IMG/VR virus record: IMGVR_UViG_3300027863_000649
Coordinates: 1-29,005 of that record
DNA: 29,005 nucleotides
Source: a virus
Taxonomy: Duplodnaviria > Caudoviricetes
Direction: 5' to 3' (one strand)
In this document: positions 17,254 through 25,927 of the stretch, piece after piece
How positions within the stretch are numbered: position 1 is the stretch's first letter
How the letters are laid out: the number at the start of each line of letters is the position of its first letter
Position numbers and translations under genes: made by a program
The notes under the pieces: generated by a model
Database searches by the model: none
Told to the model about the DNA's origin: nothing
Seen by the model: only the letters and a program-made list of their open reading frames with translations

Positions 17254-18188
17254 CTCTGTCTCTAGTACTAGTTCTAGTCGCGCTAGCCTTCGCTGGTAGT
17301 GCGTTTGCTATCGGCACGCCGGATTCGATGGTGATAGGCGCAGTAGACTGGTACTGTAACTGTGCTACGGAAGGTGATGCGTTAATAGTCATACAGTACT
17401 ACGTACATTACGCAACCCTTCCAGCTGAGCACATGAGTGATGCGTTCATATTCAGGTTGCGTGACAACGTAGGTACTCTGGCGGCAACTACGTCCTACGA
17501 CTTCTACAACTATGGGTACGGCAGAGGAATTGTCTCGATGTACTTGAGTGGTACGTACACCTACGAAGGTGACTATAAGGTAGTCTTGTCTGGAAACCCC
17601 GCACTGTCATGGACCTCCGGAGTGCCACAAGTGGAGTCTACTAACATAACGTGGCACGATGAGTGTGACTCTCTAGGCAATAAGGTGTTGAGTATTGCTG
17701 ACAACCTTTCGAAGTATTGGACTGATGTAGTTCTGGTCTCTAGTGGGCCTGCGGGATACACACTAACTAGTACGGGTGCGCATTACTTTACGATGTCCAT
17801 ACCACACCTTCAGGATATGGCACCAGGTATCTTCTCTGGATACAGCATTCCGCCCGAATTCGAGAGCGATGAGTTTGACGACGAGTACTTCTGGTCTACG
17901 TCACTGGAGGGGACTGAGATAGAGGATAACTTCCAGAAGCTCGCAGACGCTCTACATCTTCCTGTAAGTGTTACCAAGGTGCTTTTGTGGATGGTCCCAA
18001 CACTGATGATAGGATCCTTTATTACGTTGGCAATAAGGGATCCGTCACCCATACCACTACTGATACTGCCCATGCTTCCTGCAGGCTACCTTGCAGGAAT
18101 GCTTCCCATACACTTTACAGTAGTGGTAGGACTGCTCGCAACGATCGCGGCGGCATACATCATATACTACAGGACAGCATCAGGATGA
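17241..18188 (+). CDS. Exported membrane-anchored protein (signal peptide, beta-rich ectodomain, C-terminal ~3 TM anchor)
   Basis: MVRIALSLVLVLVALAFAGSAFA signal peptide; hydrophobic C-terminal ~70 aa. Confidence 0.8.
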   Translation: MVRIALSLVLVLVALAFAGSAFAIGTPDSMVIGAVDWYCNCATEGDALIVIQYYVHYATLPAEHMSDAFIFRLRDNVGTLAATTSYDFYNYGYGRGIVSMYLSGTYTYEGDYKVVLSGNPALSWTSGVPQVESTNITWHDECDSLGNKVLSIADNLSKYWTDVVLVSSGPAGYTLTSTGAHYFTMSIPHLQDMAPGIFSGYSIPPEFESDEFDDEYFWSTSLEGTEIEDNFQKLADALHLPVSVTKVLLWMVPTLMIGSFITLAIRDPSPIPLLILPMLPAGYLAGMLPIHFTVVVGLLATIAAAYIIYYRTASG

Positions 18189-21100
18189 AACGCGCACTAG
18201 CCTTGTTACTCGTAGTCATACTTCTGCTCATACCTAGTAGCGTATGGGCAGATGCCAGTAGCCTTATAGACTCGGAACTCATACCTTCGGGTACTACCGT
18301 AGGTAGCAACGACACCGCACTATTTGAGCTGTCTGAAGAGCTGCGTACTTACGGAATACTATATCCCGACTCAACAGCAGCTGAGCTTGCTACCTACAGC
18401 ATCTCGTCAACTGGAACGATCACCCTGGTAGACAACGCTAGTATAGGAGTTAACCCTTACCAGATTGGCAATAGAGTAGAGCACGTTGTAGAAGACATAT
18501 ATGCATATGTCTATAGCACTTCCGTAGGTGGCTACTACAGAATTACTGCACGGACTCAGCACATTAACGACGGTGGTGCGATAGGCTCAGTAATCCAGAC
18601 CTTACAGCTATCCGTCGAATCCGCCTACGACTACAAGTATCCGAGCATCATAAAGGTACCCGATACGGAGTACTACCTAGTAGTTAGCGAGAGATATGCC
18701 TCAGGCAGTAGAAGAATTACGGTACACGTACTGCGTATAGACTCTACCACGCCGGGTAACTACGGTGCCATAACCGAAATATCACGTACTAACGTATACA
18801 CTCCTAGTGCTAACATATCGAACATAGGCATAAGTCACTATGATACTACGACAGCCTACTCCTACTTCCTGATCAGTTATCTAATGTCTAACTCTCTGTA
18901 CGTATGTGGACTTACATTCAACAGAACGACTCATGCGGTGGCAGCCCCTTGGAACTCGTCGCTAGGGAGCGTAACTTCGGCCTCCCTCTATGACAACATA
19001 CCGACAGTACTTCACGATTACGGTTACGACTATGGACTGTGCTTGTCGTCTATCAGCGACAGCTCCAATAAGGTAATCAAGCATATTACCTATCAGGTAT
19101 CAGGGACATTCTCGTACTGTACGGTGATAGACACTCTTACTCTGACAACAACGCCGACGTTTAAGACTACTACAACACCTATCCATCTGAACTCAACCAA
19201 GTGGGGCTTTACCATTGGTTACACTGCTACAGGTATAGCCTTAGTGTACGGTGCAACCTTTACCATTCTTTCGAACGGAACTATGCCATTGGCTCAGTTT
19301 AGTGGGTTCACGTCTCATAGCGTAAACGTACCTTCGCCTACCTCGATGGCAGCTACTGCTCAGCAACAATACAAGTTTGCAGGATCGTGCTCAGTAGTCT
19401 TAGCGGACTCGGGTAACATATGTACGCTATCCTACAATGTCGAGCCAGACGTGTCTATAGATAGCATCACGAACGTCACGGAGACAGGTTTTAGGGTTAG
19501 TGGCACTGTTGTAGATGTCGGATCGTTTGCGGTAACTGAAATAGGTGCATGCTGGAACACCATAGGCTACCCAACGAAGTCCGATAGTTATACCGGAGTG
19601 GCTACGTTTATAGACGCGCCAGATACGCCCTACAACTTCAGTATAGACGTTAGTGGAGTGGATACGGGAACCTTGCATTACGTGCGTACCTACGCCACTA
19701 ACGCTATCGGGAGTGGCTACAGTACTACAGACTTGCCAGTGCAGTACGTAGGGCCACCAAGTAATCTGACGGTTAATCCCGTCAGTAGTAATGCGTGTAA
19801 CCTGAGTTGGACAAAAGGCATCGGCGCAGAGATGACGATGATCAGAGGAGCTTTCGGAAGCTATCCTAGCGGTACTGCTTCCGGGACAGAAGTGTACTAC
19901 GGTTCAGGCACTACGACGTATTTCTCGGGTCCGAACTTCGCCATTGGCACGTACTACTTTAGGGCATGGAGCCGTTCAGTCTTGGGTCTCTGGTCAGAAG
20001 GGTATGCTCAGACTACTACTGGATACGAATCCTTGAAATGTTACATTCCAGTTTACGCAACGAACTCGAGCACTAACAGTTATGACGCTCTTCCTGTTAG
20101 CGTAAGCCTGAACAACGAGGCGCTAGCCGACGGCGGATACATCAGTGAGGAAGGGCTCGACGTCAAGGCGTTTTACGGAACTAACAGGCCCGTTATGGTA
20201 GCAGACGACAGAACGATGTTCGTCCTAGACTTCGGTCCTGGAGAGCAAGCGTACGTAGAGCTACAGCTTATGGAGACGCCTTCGGACTCCTTCTACTTAA
20301 TACCGGGTCACAACGGGTACGTGACTACTTCCGATAGTGCAACTCTAGAGCCCGGAAGTAACGACTTCGAGCTCACAATTGTAGGATGGGTAGACCCTAC
20401 GTCATCAGGCACACTGGCCAGGAAGAGTGGAGCTCTTGAGCTTTACGTGTCGGGGACGCATACCATTGCCGCTAACGTGTATACAGGTGCTACGTGTCAT
20501 GTAGAAGGGACTATAGATGAGGATTACCACACAGTAACGCTATCTCGTAGTGGTGGGACATTGTCGCTGGTCGTTGACACCGTAACTGTAGGTAGCACCA
20601 GTATTTCAGGTTCGGTGGTGGACAATACAAACAATTGGACCTTCATGTCTGGGAACTCTCTGGTCTACGCCGAAAGCATTAGCTGGAAGGTAGGTGGGTC
20701 TACGGTTCTGAGGTACAAGCCCGAACGGATGGTGCGGGATAGTACCGTAGAAGACTTGGTTGGTAGTAATGACGGCACGATTACTTGGGGAAGCAACGTT
20801 GCCGAGGTCAGTGTTGATCCACTAGTGTGTCCTTACGAGGCTACCTACGCTCCGACGATCAGAAGAGGTACCACCTACGTAACTGAGATCCCGAATATAG
20901 ACACTCAGATGGAGAGTGGTGGTGGCGAGCTTCCGCTTCTCGAGCCTGTAGTCAGACTAGTACAAGACTACACCAACTTACCTGCTGGTCTGATAAGGAT
21001 GCTGGGTGCGCTGATGTTCTGTATGATCGTAGGCGTAGGCATATACATGTATATGCAATCGCTAGTGTTCGTAGCTGTGTCGACATGCACGCTCATGATC

Positions 21101-21199
21101 GCGTTCTGGCTTATGGATATACTTCCCTACTGGATTGTATACCCATATTGCGTGATCGCGCTCGCGATGTTAATACTGAGGAGAGCTCCTTCACTGTGA
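18185..21199 (+). CDS. Large adhesin/spike-like protein (1004 aa): signal peptide, S/T/Y-rich beta domains including FN3-like and LamG-like regions, C-terminal ~3 TM anchor
   Basis: True start ATG 18185 (ATGA overlap), MKRALALLLVVILLLIPSSVWA. FN3-like 'HYVRTYATNAIGSGYS' and 'PPSNLTV...LSWTKG...TYYFRAWS'; LamG-like 'YHTVTLSRSGGTLSLVVD'. Confidence 0.8.
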   Translation: MKRALALLLVVILLLIPSSVWADASSLIDSELIPSGTTVGSNDTALFELSEELRTYGILYPDSTAAELATYSISSTGTITLVDNASIGVNPYQIGNRVEHVVEDIYAYVYSTSVGGYYRITARTQHINDGGAIGSVIQTLQLSVESAYDYKYPSIIKVPDTEYYLVVSERYASGSRRITVHVLRIDSTTPGNYGAITEISRTNVYTPSANISNIGISHYDTTTAYSYFLISYLMSNSLYVCGLTFNRTTHAVAAPWNSSLGSVTSASLYDNIPTVLHDYGYDYGLCLSSISDSSNKVIKHITYQVSGTFSYCTVIDTLTLTTTPTFKTTTTPIHLNSTKWGFTIGYTATGIALVYGATFTILSNGTMPLAQFSGFTSHSVNVPSPTSMAATAQQQYKFAGSCSVVLADSGNICTLSYNVEPDVSIDSITNVTETGFRVSGTVVDVGSFAVTEIGACWNTIGYPTKSDSYTGVATFIDAPDTPYNFSIDVSGVDTGTLHYVRTYATNAIGSGYSTTDLPVQYVGPPSNLTVNPVSSNACNLSWTKGIGAEMTMIRGAFGSYPSGTASGTEVYYGSGTTTYFSGPNFAIGTYYFRAWSRSVLGLWSEGYAQTTTGYESLKCYIPVYATNSSTNSYDALPVSVSLNNEALADGGYISEEGLDVKAFYGTNRPVMVADDRTMFVLDFGPGEQAYVELQLMETPSDSFYLIPGHNGYVTTSDSATLEPGSNDFELTIVGWVDPTSSGTLARKSGALELYVSGTHTIAANVYTGATCHVEGTIDEDYHTVTLSRSGGTLSLVVDTVTVGSTSISGSVVDNTNNWTFMSGNSLVYAESISWKVGGSTVLRYKPERMVRDSTVEDLVGSNDGTITWGSNVAEVSVDPLVCPYEATYAPTIRRGTTYVTEIPNIDTQMESGGGELPLLEPVVRLVQDYTNLPAGLIRMLGALMFCMIVGVGIYMYMQSLVFVAVSTCTLMIAFWLMDILPYWIVYPYCVIALAMLILRRAPSL

Positions 21200-21759
21200 C
21201 TGGTGCTAAACTGTTTGCGTTCTTCGCGACCTGCTTCGCTCTTGGACAGCTATTCAGCGGAATAGCACAAGGACAGTGGGCGTATGCTACGACTACCCTG
21301 GCCATTGATACCTCAGCTACGAGCACTACAATAACGGTAGTGAGTACAGAGAACTTCCTCTCAGGCCCAGACGAGATAACGATCGGAGACGAATCCATAC
21401 GTTACAACAGCAAGGACGACACTCACTTCTACGGGGTTACTAGAGGGATTGACGACACTACAGCAACGGCACATGTCGCTGGAGAAGTCGTAATGAATCG
21501 TAACAGCAACATCATAAACAACATTCTGGGGTACAACGTAGCGGCGACTTCGGCTTCGTATGGTAGCTTGAGTGCGATAGTAGGTCTGCTCTGGAACTCT
21601 GTAAAGGCGATTCCACGAATGATTGCTTGGAACTACTCATATCTAGATGGTCATTTAGCGATGCTTAAGTACCTGATACTGTGGCCGATTTCGGCGGGCT
21701 TCATATTCAGTTTAGGAATCGTAGCCATGGTACTAGCTAGGGGTATATTCAACGTATGA
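21196..21759 (+). CDS. Membrane protein with small beta domain, probably structural
   Basis: GTG start overlapping the upstream TGA. N-terminal hydrophobic segment, 'TTLA...TTITVVST...VTRG..DTTATAHVAG' module and C-terminal TM. Confidence 0.7.
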   Translation: MTGAKLFAFFATCFALGQLFSGIAQGQWAYATTTLAIDTSATSTTITVVSTENFLSGPDEITIGDESIRYNSKDDTHFYGVTRGIDDTTATAHVAGEVVMNRNSNIINNILGYNVAATSASYGSLSAIVGLLWNSVKAIPRMIAWNYSYLDGHLAMLKYLILWPISAGFIFSLGIVAMVLARGIFNV

Positions 21760-21823
21760 GCTGTCGTAGGCTCTTGCTCTGGTAATCTGCGCATACATCG
21801 CGCTAATACTTTTGGGAGGTAAC

Positions 21824-22444
21824 ATGGACATTGCTATCGTAATTTTGAAGGCTCTCGGGATATCGTTTGGAGCATGCATTGCGACACTGTTCCTAGCAGT
21901 AGTAGGCACCATGATATGGGTAAAGAGGGCCATCAAAGGCAAGACCTACTGTCTTATACTAGATCCTAACAGGCAAATGCACGGCAAGCTCTGTAAACAG
22001 AACCCTAACGGCACCGTTACGCTAAAGGTGGGCAGAGGCAAGCAGAGCGAGGAGATGAACTATCTCACGCCTCAAGAGAAGCAGTTCTACACCATGTGGC
22101 CACCTGGCTTTCCGGAGTTTGTGCAAGAGCCTGTGTCGACACTTCTGTACACGGCAAACTGTGCGGACGCAATAGATCCGTTCAACCCTACAACGAGTAT
22201 AACACCTGCAGTGCTACGTAGGATCTCTGACGACTCGGTAATAAAGCACGCATTTAGGGAAGCCCGTGACCATTTGACAGGCAAGACTACCAAACTCAAC
22301 TCTACTTACATCATTTTAGGTGCCGCAGTCGTGATTATAGTACTGCTGATTATCGGCTTCATGGTGTTCCAGCTCAGAGCAGATATGGGTGACGTTAAGG
22401 ACACGCTCCAGCAAGTACTGGAGCGTACAGACTTCGTAAAGTAG
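21824..22444 (+). CDS. Two-TM membrane protein with C-terminal coiled coil
   Basis: GGGAGGT SD before ATG 21824; N- and C-terminal hydrophobic helices. Confidence 0.75.
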   Translation: MDIAIVILKALGISFGACIATLFLAVVGTMIWVKRAIKGKTYCLILDPNRQMHGKLCKQNPNGTVTLKVGRGKQSEEMNYLTPQEKQFYTMWPPGFPEFVQEPVSTLLYTANCADAIDPFNPTTSITPAVLRRISDDSVIKHAFREARDHLTGKTTKLNSTYIILGAAVVIIVLLIIGFMVFQLRADMGDVKDTLQQVLERTDFVK

Positions 22445-22453
22445 AGGTGTCTT

Positions 22454-22783
22454 ATGGGAGAACTGACAAAAGAGGAACTGATACGAGTACTCAAACAGTC
22501 AGATTACGAGGCTACTCGTCCTGCCGCTGTACGCGAGCTATTCAACATGCAAGACGACTTGACGCTCAAAACAGAGACGCCGCCACGCATGGTAATGCCA
22601 CTAGTTCTCATGCGTCTGGTAGCAGAGGCGTCCAAGCCTAACAGAGAGAAGCACCTCTTGGAGGTGTTTATTGAGGAGTTTGACAGGAGAATGGTTTCGT
22701 ACAACCGCAAGGGTAGGCTCGAACTGCTCGGTGCTCTTCAGTCTCTAATGGAGACTGAGGGAACGCAAGTCAATCTGGATTAG
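22454..22783 (+). CDS. Hypothetical helical protein upstream of the ATPase
   Basis: GAGGTG SD; 109 aa; C-terminal 'VSYNRKGRLELLGALQ'. Confidence 0.75.
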   Translation: MGELTKEELIRVLKQSDYEATRPAAVRELFNMQDDLTLKTETPPRMVMPLVLMRLVAEASKPNREKHLLEVFIEEFDRRMVSYNRKGRLELLGALQSLMETEGTQVNLD

Positions 22784-22793
22784 GAGGTGCACT

Positions 22794-23549
22794 ATGACAC
22801 TTCCACGTCTCGAGGACTTGAATGTCGAGGATCTCGAGTTTCTGGCTTCCGTAGTAGCGGCGCGTAAGGAAGCCGAGAATGACGACGCTATCGCACAGCT
22901 TATTGAGAAATGCATCATCATCGAAGGTAAGAAGGGAAGAGGTAAGACGCTGAGTGCTGTAGCGTTGTGCTATCAGATGCGCGAGCGATTCGGCAGACAC
23001 ATAATTGCTGTCGGCTCTAAAATGGGTCTGAAGAAGGAAACCTTCGGAGAGTTTCAGGAGCTGACTATACAGCAATTCAGGGACGCTCTGGTAGCGATCT
23101 CGGAAGTGTCCTCTATTGCGGGAGGCGAAGCCAATCCTGAGGTAGTCCAGAAGTTGTTACTAGAGCGTGGCGTCGATGTACTGTACGCCACTATTGTGTT
23201 TGACGAGTCATATCAGTTGTTTGACTGCCGTACACCCTCCGACAAGCTGGTGAGGGCATTCGGGTACTTCGGAGCACAACAGAGGCACTACCACTGCACC
23301 ACTATACTGCTAACACCTGACATAAACATGTTGGACAGACGCATCAGGAGACAGGTAGACTGGATCGGAAACTGTTTCCATAACGCCGCAACGAGTAACG
23401 TTACTCTGAGGCTCTCGTCAGGTCTAGACACTCTTACAATCAGGTTCAACGGAGCAGACGACTCACTGCATCCGGCATACTACGACATGTACAACACTCA
23501 TGCGCTTGTAGGCTACCGTACGACGCACTTGGATGTGAAACACTACTAA
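22794..23549 (+). CDS. Zot / filamentous-phage pI-like morphogenesis ATPase
   Basis: Walker A 'IIIEGKKGRGKT', Walker B 'IVFDES' and Zot-like signature 'QQRHYHCTTILLTPDINMLDRRIRRQVD' (cf. xRH.g.di.l.tQ....lD..iR). Confidence 0.8.
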   Translation: MTLPRLEDLNVEDLEFLASVVAARKEAENDDAIAQLIEKCIIIEGKKGRGKTLSAVALCYQMRERFGRHIIAVGSKMGLKKETFGEFQELTIQQFRDALVAISEVSSIAGGEANPEVVQKLLLERGVDVLYATIVFDESYQLFDCRTPSDKLVRAFGYFGAQQRHYHCTTILLTPDINMLDRRIRRQVDWIGNCFHNAATSNVTLRLSSGLDTLTIRFNGADDSLHPAYYDMYNTHALVGYRTTHLDVKHY

Positions 23550-23616
23550 AGGAGGTGAGACCGGGGTCAAAATACGTAAGACATCGCAACCCAAAATTCA
23601 GAAAGGAGGAGAGAAA

Positions 23617-23814
23617 ATGTACGTACTGGGAGTTCTGAATCCGGAGAACCAATCGTTGGAGCCTGCATACACCGCTCTAGAAGACGTCTTCGGCGACGAG
23701 TCGTTCACAAGTAGTGACGCTATCGAGGCTATCTCGGGTGTACTGCAAATCTCACCTGGTGAAGCCAGCCGAACGTTCCAGCGACTGGTGTCGGTAGGCG
23801 CCGTACACGAGTAA
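23617..23814 (+). CDS. Small acidic winged-helix-like protein
   Basis: GAAAGGAGG SD; 'FTSSDAIEAISGVLQISPGEASRTFQRLVSVGAV' wHTH pattern. Confidence 0.6.
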   Translation: MYVLGVLNPENQSLEPAYTALEDVFGDESFTSSDAIEAISGVLQISPGEASRTFQRLVSVGAVHE

Positions 23815-23825
23815 GTAGGAGATCT

Positions 23826-24182
23826 ATGGCACAGCCAAGACTTGTTAGGAGTGAGGGTTCCCTAACCGAGATTGCTCGGTCGATGGGGTATCCTTGGGTT
23901 ACGCAGGTGCCATTAGAAGAGATCCCAACGTTCCTGCGTCTCCTAATAGACAAGTATGGCTACGACAGCGTACTGCAACTACTTCGATGGCACGTCCAGA
24001 TACGTAGCAGTGCGCCGCCAAACGATCGTACTACGAGATGGTTCAGACACGCACTCTGGCTGTGTAGAGGGCTAGAATATGACGATGCTGGTACTTACAC
24101 CCCTCGGAAGACAGGTAGCAGAGAACGTAAGCTCTCCAGAGGGCCCGTCTTTCGACGTACTGGCAGTACTGTACGAAAATAA
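23826..24182 (+). CDS. Hypothetical protein
   Basis: AGGAG SD before ATG 23826; the 3' 104 nt overlap the next gene. Confidence 0.65.
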   Translation: MAQPRLVRSEGSLTEIARSMGYPWVTQVPLEEIPTFLRLLIDKYGYDSVLQLLRWHVQIRSSAPPNDRTTRWFRHALWLCRGLEYDDAGTYTPRKTGSRERKLSRGPVFRRTGSTVRK

Positions 24183-24294
24183 CGGACCTGTCGATTTCGA
24201 GGAGATACTTGCCGCCACAAACATGGACTCCGTAAGGGGTTCGATGGTAGTACGTAGCCTCATGAACAAGGGGCTCGTACGCGAGGTAACTTAA
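24079..24294 (+). CDS. Small MarR/TrmB-like winged-helix protein
   Basis: 'FDVLAVLYENNGPVDFEEILAATNMDSVRGSMVVRSLMNKGLVREV'. Confidence 0.65.
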   Translation: MTMLVLTPLGRQVAENVSSPEGPSFDVLAVLYENNGPVDFEEILAATNMDSVRGSMVVRSLMNKGLVREVT

Positions 24295-24309
24295 TAAAGG
24301 AGGAGATAG

Positions 24310-25317
24310 GTGAAAGACATTCGTAATCAAGCACTTGTAGTAGCAGTGCTGCTGACACTGTTGGCGATTTCACTCACGCCTGTGTTCGCAGATGTAGTGA
24401 CTCTAAAGCCGGGAACTAAAGTACCTACACTACAGCAAGTTACTACAGCAGGCAACACGACAAGCAACCCGATCGTGATCGACACGACAACATCGGACAT
24501 TGGACTTACTATTGCACACCAGGCCAGTAAGTACTTCGCCGCTGAACACACTCTAATGTTCGACAACGACGCGTACTCGTTTGGCCTGTACGACGACGTC
24601 GGCGACCAGTACGGAATCCAGTTCATGTATGTGCCAGTGGTATCACTGTTCGGTGGTGCCTTCGTAACTGATGCTCTCACGATGCTGAGTTTCAGAGAGA
24701 GCGCTACTGATAACGACGGAGATGGTAACGTCGATCCTCTCGGCGCGTTCATGAACTTCGTCGACAAGAACGGCGATACCGTAATGAACGTTACGATACA
24801 GAGTACGTTCCAGGAGCACAGATTCGCATTGGGTAGCGACCAGAGCAACCCGCAACTTCTACCGTGGCTTAACTTTAACGACACAGGCGACTACAACGAA
24901 GAGCTTGGCACTGCAAACGTTCAGTACAGTTTCAAGTACGACCCCAACGTTCACATGCTGAGAGGGTTTGGTGCATCTCCGCCTGGCGGTCAAGGATACA
25001 ACTATCCTCTTCCGGGTTTGATCTTGGGAGGGTTTAACGCCTCGGACCCCGACAATCGCGTACCTACTTCGGTGTCACAGCATGGACTGGGGTCTAACGA
25101 CGTGATTATCGCGGTAAGCGAAGACGGTACAGAAGGTGGTGACTTCGAGGTTCAGGGTAACTCGTTCTTCAAGGCTACGACTCTGGACGAGGTCGACGAA
25201 CCCGCTACTCCATCCGAGAACTCGTTGGTACTGTTCGCTCGCGACGACGGTAGCGGCAACACTCAGCTGTGCGTCAAGTTCAGTAACGGCACGGTCACTG
25301 TACTGGCAACTGAGTAG
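24310..25317 (+). CDS. Secreted fibre-like protein (signal peptide plus tail-fibre-type motifs)
   Basis: AAGGAGG SD and GTG start; signal peptide ending PVFA; 'TLQQVTTAGNTTSN' and C-terminal 'PATPSENSLVLFARDDGSGNTQLCVKFSNG'. Confidence 0.7.
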   Translation: MKDIRNQALVVAVLLTLLAISLTPVFADVVTLKPGTKVPTLQQVTTAGNTTSNPIVIDTTTSDIGLTIAHQASKYFAAEHTLMFDNDAYSFGLYDDVGDQYGIQFMYVPVVSLFGGAFVTDALTMLSFRESATDNDGDGNVDPLGAFMNFVDKNGDTVMNVTIQSTFQEHRFALGSDQSNPQLLPWLNFNDTGDYNEELGTANVQYSFKYDPNVHMLRGFGASPPGGQGYNYPLPGLILGGFNASDPDNRVPTSVSQHGLGSNDVIIAVSEDGTEGGDFEVQGNSFFKATTLDEVDEPATPSENSLVLFARDDGSGNTQLCVKFSNGTVTVLATE

Positions 25318-25381
25318 CAGTCAGAGCCTGGACACTACAGGTCCCTGCACTGCCTATACGTAGAACTTAGGAGGTTGGGAG

Positions 25382-25927
25382 ATGACATACGCTAGAGTGA
25401 TAAGGGAGTCAGACTTTGTAGAAGCGCTTCATCGCGCAATGTATGCGGGCAAGCGTATTCCAGAACTCGAAGGAGTCATCAAGAAGAGTCCGTGGACTGC
25501 GTATAGGTACGCGCGGGACATCTTGAAGAGCAGGTGGCCCGAAGCTGAAGACGTCATAAAGCAGGACCCAGATACTGCGTACTTGTACGCGCTAAACGTT
25601 CTGAAGGGTAGATGGCCTGAGGCCGAGGACATCATAAAGAACGATCCTCTAGCCGCGTACGAGTACGCAGCAGATGTTCTGAAACGTCCTTGGCCTGAGG
25701 CCGAAGACACTATGAAACGGGACTTGCGTATAGCAAGCATGTACGCAACGTACGTCCTAAAAAGGAGATGGCCGGAGGTCGAAGAGGAGATACTGAAAGA
25801 TCCTGGTGCCTCGTACTCGTACGTAAAGTACCTCCTTCCGAAACGCATCCTACAGCCTACAGCCTCGCGAAAGAGGCACGTACGCAAGACCCTCTCAGAA
25901 ATCAAGACGCTGAAGCAGGGAGGCTAA
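25382..25927 (+). CDS. Helical repeat protein with ~5 copies of a 26-aa repeat
   Basis: Repeat consensus DP..AY.YA..VLK.RWPEAED.IK; basic C-terminal tail; AGGAGGT SD. Confidence 0.85.
   Translation: MTYARVIRESDFVEALHRAMYAGKRIPELEGVIKKSPWTAYRYARDILKSRWPEAEDVIKQDPDTAYLYALNVLKGRWPEAEDIIKNDPLAAYEYAADVLKRPWPEAEDTMKRDLRIASMYATYVLKRRWPEVEEEILKDPGASYSYVKYLLPKRILQPTASRKRHVRKTLSEIKTLKQGG

Noticed and set aside
17987-18184. N-terminal extension of the 1070-aa ORF (and similar extensions at 154, 3105, 3754, 5743, 7407, 9029, 21085)
   Set aside because: They overlap upstream genes or the promoter; downstream starts have SDs, stop/start coupling or expose signal peptides.
23548-23616. Orphan perfect SD (AAAGGAGGTGA) after the ATPase suggesting a hidden gene
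   Set aside because: No start codon at usable spacing and no convincing ORF; possibly a remnant.
25315-25360. Possible bulged hairpin or structured RNA after the fibre gene
   Set aside because: Pairing is short and interrupted with no U-tract; cannot be supported without folding or covariation analysis.
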